This document shows, one piece after another, positions 48,406 through 58,600 of a DNA stretch of 64,000 bases. This DNA is from Amoebophrya sp. A120 (taxonomy: Eukaryota > Protista > Dinoflagellata), in assembly GCA_905178155.1 (NCBI GenBank), contig CAJINV010000021.1, forward strand, positions 669,530-733,529, written 5' to 3'. Positions within the stretch are counted from its first letter, which is position 1. Each line of letters opens with the position of its first letter. Below the pieces are notes generated by a model. It was given only the letters and a program-made list of their open reading frames with translations, was not told the origin of the DNA and did not search any database. The position numbers and the translations under genes were made by a program.

Positions 48406-50625
48406 TCATTCCTCCTCCTCCACGTCGGTATCATCCAGCTTCGAGAGAAGTATCCTAGCAAATCACTTCGAACGAGTCAACTCGATGTTAATATCGCTAG
48501 ACTTTTTAGAAGTAGGATGGTCCACGACAGGAGCCGCGGTAGCCCAAAGAAATATATGAAAACGCATTCAACTATACACATTGCGCGGCGGCAGCACATC
48601 CGCATGAACATGATCCCTCAAAGATCTTCATGCGCCAGCAACTACATCGCGTTGACTTCCGAAAACATCTTTCTAGGATCATAGCCGTGATGACGCCCGT
48701 GAGCATGCACTTGATGTCGAGGAACAATTCCTTGTCGTCCGATTCCGGGGTTCCCTCCGCCACCGCGTCCGCCTCGAAATGCAGCGCGTACTGGAAGATC
48801 CCCTCGCCCTATCGCAAGAAAAAAGTGTTACAGTTACACATTGAGTTGCAGGAGCCGCAAGACAGACAACCTTTGTCATGCAGGCAATGCTTGCGAGCTC
48901 CGTTTCCTACGTATTTTCCCTTATGATCTTTGCATTACAAGTTTTGTCTGCCACACAGAGGAAATTTGTGATGCAGAAACTCCAACAAATGTGTACCTGT
49001 AACGCTTTTTTCTGGTGATACGCCCTTTTTCGGCTTGAAGCGCTGCTGGTGGGCTGTACCGCCGAGCAGCCCCGCCGGTGCCGCGTTATTTGCGGGGGAG
49101 TCGCCGCGGCCGCGGTCCACAAACCCCACCTTGCCACTGGAGCCGCACTATGCATTGCATTAAGTATCGTAGTCTAGTAGTAGAAGCCGCATGACAAATT
49201 TCCTTCGCATTTTTACAGATGAAGTTTGTATATGCGGATTTGCCTTTAAAAGCGAGATTTGCATTTGCAATGGTGGATGACTGCAATTACTACGAGAACG
49301 ATACTTTTGCAATGCATACGCACAGCTGGATCCGGAGCGAGGGCACGTCGGCGTACTTCCCGAGCGGACACTTCGTATCCAGGAAAAAACACCCATCCCC
49401 ATCCACTTTGTCATGCAAAACATGCATAATTTGTAATGTTTGTCATGTAAAAAATGGATAGGGATGGGTGTTTTTTCCTGGATACTTCAGCAGCGCCTTC
49501 TCCTCGACCTGCCTCTCGATCCCGTTCTCGTAGGCGCAGTTGTTCAAGTGCAGGTTGAGAAACCGGACCGGCAGGTTGATGCTGTTCTGCACCGGCTCGT
49601 TGGTCGCGGCGTTCAACAGCTGCACGTCGACCGATGACTCCACGCACGTGAGCTCGCACAGTGCCCCGCCCGTGCCGCCCTGGGCCAGCGGTTGGTCGTC
49701 GTTGGTGGAGTCCCCGTTGCCGTTCGAGTCGACCAGTGCCAGATCCGGCTCGAAGTCGTCGGCGATGATGACGCATCCCCTGCAAAAGTTTCGTACTCGT
49801 ATAAATGCAAGTCTTGCATTACAACTCTTGTTCCCAAGGCAAATCTGCATTACAAATCTTCTTCCTCATGCTGAGGAAATTTGTAATGCATTTATACGAG
49901 TACGATACTTTTGCATTCCATATCACGCGGGCAATCAGCTTTTTCGGCGGCCCTTGCGGTGGCGGGGGCTGCTGGTTCATCAGGAAACTTTTGTTCATCA
50001 GACCCGGTTATCCTCTGCAAAAGCATCGTACTCGTACGTTAGTAGCATTACGGTCATTTATTTCATGACAAACGTCCCTCCTTCTCAAGCACAATCAGCA
50101 TTACAACTACGAGTTGCTTTTTTGATGCCGATAAAATTTCTGATCATGCGGTTTGACTAACTAGTACGATACTTTTGCAGTTCGTACCGGTCCCGCCGGA
50201 AAGCCTCCTATCTGCATCGTCCCGATGGGTGCCATCGTGGCGACCGGTGCGCCGCCGCCAACAGTACCAGCAGCCGCCATAGGATTTTGCTGGTTTAGTC
50301 CGCCGCCCAGCACTGGTGCCTGTAGCGTCGCGGGCGTCTTCAGGAGGAAACTCGGGCGCGTGCCGAATGCGGATGGGGCGGTTGCCGTGGGAAAGTGCTG
50401 CTGCGGCTGTTCACCCCCTGCCACGACCCCTACTTGCTCTGCGCCGACGTCCGGCGACAGGTTTTCCGGCGCGCCGCCGGGAGCGGAAGATGCGCCGACT
50501 TCGGACTGTTGTTCCACACCCCCGACCGGTTGCGGCGGGCTCAACCGCGTGGAGGGAAAGGCGGGCTTCTTGTTCAGACTCAACGTGGGGAATGAAAGCC
50601 CCAACTGTATTGGTTTGTTGTTCAT
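48406..50625 (-). CDS. Hypothetical protein interrupted by five introners
   Basis: Removing five elements gives one frame: ...FPAGP|GLMNK...LIARV|IIADD...ALLK|CPLGKY...IQLC|GSSGKV...KKG|EGIFQYAL.... The probable last exon ILLSKLDDTDVEEEE* follows a GA-AG intron (less certain). Confidence 0.75.
48810..49020. mobile_element. Introner/MITE, family E (TIR tatc.c.agaaaaaag.gttacag)
   Basis: TSD cgccc at 48805-48809 and 49021-49025. Removing 216 nt keeps the frame. Best reading GG-AG. Confidence 0.9.
49149..49318. mobile_element. Introner/MITE, family A
   Basis: TSD cgcac at 49144-49148 and 49319-49323. Termini tatgcattgca / tgcaatgcata. Removal length 175 nt. Confidence 0.9.
49376..49484. mobile_element. 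Introner/MITE, family C
   Basis: TSD cttcg/cttca at 49371-49375 and 49485-49489. ~30-bp near-perfect TIR. Removal length 114 nt. Confidence 0.92.
49774..49922. mobile_element. Introner/MITE, family A
   Basis: TSD tgacg/tcacg at 49769-49773 and 49923-49927. TIR tgcaaaagtttcgtactcgtataaatgca / tgcatttatacgagtacgatacttttgca. Removal length 154 nt. Confidence 0.92.
50009..50186. mobile_element. Introner/MITE, family A
   Basis: TSD ccggt at 50004-50008 and 50187-50191. Removal length 183 nt. Best junction GT...CG. Confidence 0.9.
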
Positions 50626-52631
50626 GGCGAAAGGCTGCGGCGGCGCGGGTTGTTTTTTGTCAAAGGTAAGAAAATCCTGGGTTCAGCCACTAGAAACGGA
50701 TTGTAGTTTAGTCGTGGTCGATAATACTAAGGTCATGCTAATTGTACGTGGGCGGAAGGGAACTAAAACGTTGTCCCGACCTGCGTTCATCTCGAGAAGC
50801 AGCTACTAACTTCTCATATATTGATATTGGCTGTGACCAAAAGTACAAAATATCAAAAAGTTTTTCGGCAGGGAAACACGGTTCCAGAGAAGTAGTGCAC
50901 CGTACGCAGCATGCAGTTCGGCCTGAGGCCATCATGCAAACTAGCTGTACTGGAAGTTCGAGCGTCATTACAATAACTGCTGTCATTCACAAAGGCAGTG
51001 ACTTGAGCCAGGGGTTTGCGGAGGTATTGCTGCGCGGCAGGTACACCGCCGGGTTGGTTGGACTCAAAAGGAGACGCCGCGAAGTACGGCGCACCGCCCT
51101 GAAGTAGATTTGTGTCAATTATAGTGCATTCTCATGGTCGTGTGGGTGTCATGGGTTTTTGTGCAATCTCCACGTCATTCCGCATCCCTCCGGATTCTAA
51201 GTCTTTTACTTTTTCTTGCGACGTCAAAATAAGAACATAAACCTTCACGGGAATGCACCAAAAAGTTTTTTTCTCGGCTGCTTGGCTGTGTGGTCATGGC
51301 GAGCATGAAAGACATTCACATTAAATGAACAAGAAAATTATTATTCACGTGTCCTGCATGCATGGTATTGGTACCTGCTGACCCTGGCCGGGTGGTGGGG
51401 CGCCGCCGAGGCCGAAATGCATGCTGTCCGTCGTTTTGTTGCAACAACACCCCTCGAAATGTCTACAAGCAACAGTAGCTGCACCCCCGAGGACTCGTCC
51501 TGCCCTGCTCGCGTTTTGTTGATCCAGTCACGATCGTTCTGTTCACCGCGAGGGCCACGGAAATACGGCCATGACGGGGGCAGCGACCACACACAATCTG
51601 TTTCACTAGTTCCTGCAGATGCGATAGCGAGGATATAATCGTTTACTCCTACAAGACGCGGTCTTTTTGTCTTTGCCATTCACCACGAACAGACCACGTT
51701 CTCCAGGTACAAATGAAACCCTCGCCTTCAATGCAAGTGGAAGTGCGAAGTTAGTCAGACTCAACCTCATCGGGTAAACGTGAAGAAAAGCGACCCACAA
51801 AAACACGCAACACACTTCTTGCTTTGTGACTTTATTTTCCCCTTGTGGTTATGTCAACTTACTACGGTTGACAAAAAAACGTCCACTCGTGCTCAGCCTG
51901 CATGAACACGACCGAATTCGAAAGCCTTGTTTATGTGTTTCAAAAATACAACGAGACGTAGACTGGTGACGTTGAATGAAGAAAGCACATACTTTAGTGG
52001 AAGAAATGCCACCACTGAAGACACTTCTTCCAACGAAAACTCAGAAACAAGCTCATGTACAAAAGAACTCTACTGGGGTTCGTGGAAAACGGCCGTCTCT
52101 TTGCCAATCGCAGGCGAGGCCTGACTAGGTGAACAAGAATTGAATGCTCAACCACAATTGCTAACGCTCTTTTTCGTCGGACTTACTCCAGCAGGAGTGG
52201 ATTTGTGTGTCCAGAAAATGTTTGGCTTGCTCGAAAATCAAAACTGATTCACTTCTGGTTATCTTGTTATTCCTGAGAGAGCCTGAGAAAGAGAATAGTG
52301 ATCATGTTATAATGGAGATTCACGTCCGGAATGTGTTTGAAAAAAAGTGTCCTGCAGCTTGAGGCACAAATATTCTGTGGCTACCGCGGTCAAAGCGGTT
52401 CAATAAAAATACAACTGTTTACAGTTTTTTTGTAAGTTTGACTTAGACTTATTAGTCCCCAATGGTTTCGCTCGCAACCGTTTCTTTGCAACGATTGAGC
52501 GGTACAACTTCGTAAATTTTTGCAATCTCTACTTCGCTTGAAGGATTATTAGCGAGATTGATCATGTCGCTACATACCGTAGAAAAAAATCCTGTTTTAC
52601 TCGGTCTGAAAACTTTCAGACAGGGATGGCT

Positions 52632-55600
52632 CTATCCGCGGTCGTTCCCTCCTCCGCCTTCGGACGGGCGCATTTTCACCTGACCGAGGAGTCCCAGCTG
52701 GCGGCCCTTTTGCGGTTGGAATTTTCGCAAGTCGTCCTCCGAGTCGTCGGAGGAAACCTGCTGGCCCGCGGCCTTCTTCCGCTGTCGCATGCGTGCCTTG
52801 TCCTGTTTCGCGGCCAGCCGCGCCTTGCCCGGGTGCAACAGGGCGGCGGGTTTGCTTTGCGCCCCGGCGCTGTCGTCGACTTTGAAGCCCGCGGCGGCGT
52901 CCTGCTCCGCACACAACTGCTTCATCAGGTCCCCTTCATACTGCTTGTTGATAAATTTGTCGAGCCGCTCCTTGGCCTGATAGAGGAAATATTTTCAACA
53001 ATTTTCATACGCGAACAAAACCATTCAGATCCAGAGAAGTGGCTACACACTATATAGCAAGAGATATGAAACTTACAACTTTTACACAGATACACTAGCG
53101 AACCAATAAAAGGATCGCAAAACTAAAAACCTTTTTCTGTTGCTCCAGCGCTGCCTTTTGTTGCGCCTCCACGAGATACGCGTCCAGGCGCTCGTCCTTT
53201 TCGCGTTTGTCCCGCACCTTCTTTTTCTTCCCCTCCCCCACCTCCACGTCGTCACTGTCGTAGCCCTTGCGCTGCTCGTCGGCGAGCTGCGCCTGGCGAA
53301 TCTTCTTGTCGCGTTTCGCCTTCCGGCGCAGCTCATCGTTGGCTTCCTCCAGCTGGAACATCTGGAAATCTTGCTGTTTCCGCTCCTCCCGGCGTCGTTT
53401 TTTGTCCGCCGCGTACTTGTCCAGCCAGCTGTCTTCCTCTCGGTTGTCCAACTGCATGGTGAGTTCCCAAAACTTCCTCCGCGCTTCCGGGTCCTCGTCT
53501 GCGGAGTCTTCGGAATCGGAATTGATCAGGGAATCCAAATCCGCGTCCAGCTCGCTGTCGTCGCGCTCGTCTATGCAAGAAAAAAACGTGCAAGCCTGTG
53601 ATGGAGAAACTGCAACACAGTACACACTTGTCATGCTGGCCAGCCAACATGGAGTCATCTCTCTTATGTGTTTTCACTAATACTAGCTCCGCATGGCAGG
53701 CTGTCTCTGTCATGCAGAGCAAATTTGTCATGCTGTGACTCCAAAAACCTATACTAACACAGTTTTTTCGTGGATATCGTCCTCCTCGTCGTCGTTATTC
53801 GTTTCCCCGTCTTGCAGCGGCCCCTTCGCCGGGGTCTTTTTCTTGGCGTTTTTCTTTTTCTTGACCGCCTTTTTTTTCTTCTTCTTCGGCTTGGGATTGT
53901 CTTCGTCGTCGTCCCCGTCGGACTGGAGACGGAGCTCGCCATCTTCAGACTCAGACGCGTCCGACTCCTCGGCTTGGTCATCCTGTTTTTTTTTTGTATA
54001 TGTGAATATAAATCCAATCTGTTGCTGTTCTACATCTACTTGTAGCTCATTTTCTTCGTTTGCATTACGAACGCCCCCTTGATTAAACGAGCGTCCACGT
54101 GTAGCGACGAAAGCAAGTAGAAACTACTCAAAAGGTCGTATATAAATTGAAAGCGGTGCATGAACAACATTCTCTTACTCTGAATCGCGCCAGTTTCTGT
54201 TCCCGCTGCTTTTTCAGTTGCAACTTGGCCATGCGCCGCACAAACTTTTCTTCCTGGCGTTTCTGCTCCTCGCGCTCCGCTTCGGAATCCACCTCCTCAT
54301 CGTTTTCGTCGTCTGCGTCAGCTTGCTGCTCGTCGAGGTTCATGTCTTTCGCAGCTCCGGCACAAGGCGCTGGACCCTCCTCGTCGACTTCCATGTTGTT
54401 TTTTGCAGCAGCGGGGGGTTTTTTATTCTGCAGGTCTTGTGCTGTCTGGTTCTTCACCACCTGCAGCTCCACGTTGCTTTGTGCGGAAGACCCAAGTGCA
54501 GCGCCAGTGGTTTTTATCTCAGGGACCCCAGCACGGGTAGAAGACACAGCATTTTTTACTTTGCTGCTCGCGACGGAAGCTGGTGGTATTGTGGTTGCGA
54601 TTTTTGCAGGCATTAGTCGTGGCAATAGGAAAAAAAGTTGGTCTATTGAATACCGATACGCACAACAACGGCAGACGCATCCCTACTTTTGGAACAAATG
54701 CAACACCCAATGGAGTGTTTGTTTTACTTTATACGTTCCTGAAAATAAATCGATTCTACCTGAAGGAGCCACGACAGCCTTCGGTGCAACCGGAGGATCC
54801 AGTATTGGTTTCTGCAGTGCGTCCAGTATGCTAGAAGTATCTGCACCGGTAAGGTCTGCGGAAAGCGTTGCCTTGTTCCCATTAGCGGAAGATGCCGAGC
54901 CTGCCTTCGCCTTGGGCTTCGCGTTCTTTGGTTTAGCAACCTCTTCGTCGTCCAGCAGAAAGCCAAAACCGGACGTCACTGGGGATGTTTAAATGGTATT
55001 GAATTGTATACGTAGTTCGCTCGTTTGATCTGTACTTCTGCATCAACATGTTCATTTTCTTTTCCAGACGGAAAGCGTAAGGGGCCCATAGCCCAAACAA
55101 AAAAGCGAAACAACTTCAAAGATCATCATACGAGCGGGATTTTGCTCTGGTGAGGATCGCTTGTTGATTCCGTCGCCCGATGCGGTTCTGCCCTTCACGT
55201 TGCACAGCTTCGATAGCATCCCCGAATCTTTTGCCGGGCCAGCCGCCACTTTCATTTTCTTAATTTCGGCAGCTTCTTCCGCCAGGGACGCGGCGCCGGC
55301 GGAGGAGGAAAAGCTCGTTAGCGGGTTGTTGTGATTTGCTATGTTTTCCTCTTCGCCACCCGCTGCCCCGACTGCAAACTGCATCGGAATCCCGTCATCG
55401 GACATGCTGAGTGCCGGTGGCCGCATGCTCGTTCTGCCGCCTAATTTCTCGCTGCGTGAGGACTCCTCGGTGGAATACATCCGATTCCCGCTTTCCCCGG
55501 GGCCCACTGGTGTTTCCAGGGCGGCTGCTGGTGCGCCTTCGCTCAGCGCCGCGCCAGCAGCTCCGTCGGTCTCGATCGCGGCCGGCTTGTTTGTGCCGGC

Positions 55601-58600
55601 TGCTCCGTCTGCTTTCGACGCCGCCGCACCCGGGGTGCCGAGCCTCTGGACCGCCGCAGCCGGCGGCCGGCCGAGAACGGCGGTCGGCGTTGGACGGTAG
55701 TCCGCAGCTATCAGGTTTTTGCCCATCGGAATTGCTACAGACGCGCTCGCACTGGGCGCGCCCAGATCCATGGAGGAGCCGGAAGCGAGAATTGGTGTGG
55801 TGAGAACTTCTTGTTGCTTAGATAAAATAATGCCCCTGGAAGTAGATGATGCACCAACAGGCAGCGCTCCTGCTGACATGGGCGGCTTCGGGGGCGGCAT
55901 CATCAAATGCAAAAATGTCTGGGTCTGGAAGATTTCTAGTAGATTTGTAATGCACATTTTCCATGACCCATGATGTCTGTGATGCATGCCGTAGCATCAC
56001 AGATTTTTAGGGCGCTTTGTGATACCTCTACCGCATCAGAAACGCCCTCTCCGCGTAGCACTAACTGGAGTCCTCTTGCTGGTCATGCAATACAATTTTT
56101 TTCAGAATTCAGAGACAGCATTACAAGTTCAGAATCTTCCAGACCCAGACATTTTTGCTTTTGATAGGCATCTTGATACGACTGAAGTCGGCGGTTGGCG
56201 TCGGCCGGTAGTCGGCTGCAATCACCCTGGAAGACTTTGGTTCCAATATCAACTGCTCTAGGTCGTTATGCATTTTATTTGCAACAGTATCGCACTAGTT
56301 CTAAAATAGCATCACAAATTGTGACACACAAGGACATAAGTTCTATAATGGCCATTCACCTTTAGTTAGAAAAGAAATTTTCACGCTACTTTTGACTGCA
56401 ATTTCTATATACGAGTACGATATTTTTGCAAAGGATAGTCGTCCTCTTGCAGCGACATATCGTCCTCGCGCCCCAGACTCAGATCCGAGTCTGCCCTGCG
56501 CTTGTTGAGCTGGTCGTCAGAATCCGTGCGGACCTTGTTCAAAATTCCGTTACTTCTCTTGTCCTCACTTAGCCGCTTGTTTGTCGTCGTGGATGAATTA
56601 TTTCCAACAAGAACTCCTCCAGGTGGACCTCCCGATAGTAGCCTGCCGCTGCTTGACGAAGCCGCGCCAGTCCCAACGATCAGTTTGTTCGCAGTAGTTC
56701 CAACCGGCTTTATCTTGTTTCCTGCAGCACCAAAAACAAAGCTGTCATGATCATCGCCCTCCAAAATAGGCGCCAGACTGCTTTTGCGCCGACCCATCAT
56801 GTCGGGGGCGTGCAACTCCTGGTCGAAGGGCGCAAGCTCGAGCGCAGTCGAGGACTTGATGCTGCGCAGAGCGGTTGACGACGCTGCGCCGCCGTTGATG
56901 TTCGCCGCGGAGGATGAAGACGATCCCGTTTTCTTCTCCCCTCCGCCGCCACCACGACCTTCTTCCTTGCTCTCCGAGGAAGCTTTTCGCTTTTTCTTGC
57001 TTTTCTTCGCTTTTTTCAGCCGGTCCACCAGCTCTCGTGTGACGATGGTCTCGAAATCGGGCGTGGGGTGTCTCAATTTGTACTCCAAGTGCAGTTCCAG
57101 CTGCTTGTTCAGGTTCATCTGCGACTCTGGGTTGGTAATCGCGGAAATCGCCATCCGAATGCGGCTAATTTTGTCGTGCCAGGATGGGGAATTCAGCTCC
57201 TCGGCGACGAGACCGCGGATGTCCTGCCCGATAAACTCGATCTTGCTGGCCATCTTCTATCCACTGCAAAAGTATCCTACGCTACTCGTAGTATTGCAAT
57301 ACAAATTGGCTCAGCGTGAAAAATGGAATTTGTCGTGCTGATTTAGCTTGAAAAAGAAATTTGTCTTGCATGACTGCGATTTTTAGTAGGAGTGCGGTAC
57401 TTTTGCACAGGATATCTTCTTGGCGGCGGCGATTTTCTCCTTAAGCGCGTCCTTGTTGGACACATCCGCCACGTCCACGAAGTGCGCGGCCCCGACGACC
57501 TGCTGCGACTCATGCAACACAGATTTTCCGCACGCGTACTAAAAAAATGCATCACAAATTTCGCGAATTGACAGCATACCATTTGTCATACTGAATAGGA
57601 TTGCAAGGGAGGTTTGTCATGCAGAAACCGCATGTCTTTGTTTTTCTTGGACGTCGTGTACGGGGAATTTACTGTGGATATGACTGCGACTCGTTCAACA
57701 CGAGCAGCTCATCGTCGTCCGCGGTTTTTTGGTCCAAAATGTCATCCGCCTTCAGCTGCGGCCGATACAGCTCTTCGCGCATGGTGTCCGCTTGCATCTG
57801 CCGAAAGTTCCGGATGCCGTCCAGGGAAGTGGTCGTGTCCACGCGTTTCAGAACGGAGGAAGTAGATTTATTTTTCGGAGGTGGTGCAACGTTAATGTTA
57901 TTCATCACCTTCTCATTTTCATCATCTTCCTCCAGCGGGGGGAGCAGAGTGGTACTCAGCTGCTGCTCGACTGGCCGTGCGGGAGGAACAGCAGCTGGTG
58001 GTACTTCTGCCTCCTTCGCTGTTACAACTCCTGCGCCGGCCGGTTTGGAAGCGGACCGGAGATCCATACTGGATCTCTGCGCCGCGAGCGCAGGGATGTT
58101 CGCGGGTGCAACTTGTGTTGCCGGCGCACTACCAGGTCGCTTCGTCGCTGCGGCGGCGGCTTTCTTCTGCTTCAGAATCTCCAGTCTGGATATTTTCTTG
58201 CCCGCCGCAAGCGAACTGCTGTCCTGTCGCTGCAGAGGAAACAACACGCTGGTATTGTTAGTGCTGCCTTGAAGATGTTGATTCATTTCCTGTGCAGCTG
58301 CCCCCGCAGCAGCACCACCGCCGGCTTGCGCGTTCAGAAAGGCCTCGAAGCTTGTCGGGCCAGAACCACCACTGCGAGCAGCTCCTACTCCAGGGCCGCT
58401 TTGACTGTTGTCCGCGGCGCCGGCGCCGTTAGAAAGATCGAGTACTTGTTTGTTGCCACAACTCTGGTTGTCGTGGTCCACGTCCATCAGCTGTGCAGCT
58501 GGTCCGCCCCCTCCGCCCCGACTCGTGTCCGTCCCCCCAGCACCACCGCCCGCGGGGCCGAGTAGTTGCGAGTCGAAGGACTGAAGCTGAAAGGAGTCAA

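Noticed and set aside
51002-51010. Partial SL-like match (tggctcaag on the minus strand); a weaker one lies near 17829-17844
   Set aside because: Too short or degenerate to distinguish from chance.
51341-51815. Short overlapping ORFs as a gene or decayed transposon
   Set aside because: No recognisable motifs or consistent exon structure.
11606-57680. Recurrent repeats read as a CRISPR array, bacterial REP elements or a conserved peptide (YQxQKCLGLE, LQKYRTR)
   Set aside because: They are dispersed, not regularly spaced, and in a eukaryotic context. The peptides are ORF run-through into element TIRs.
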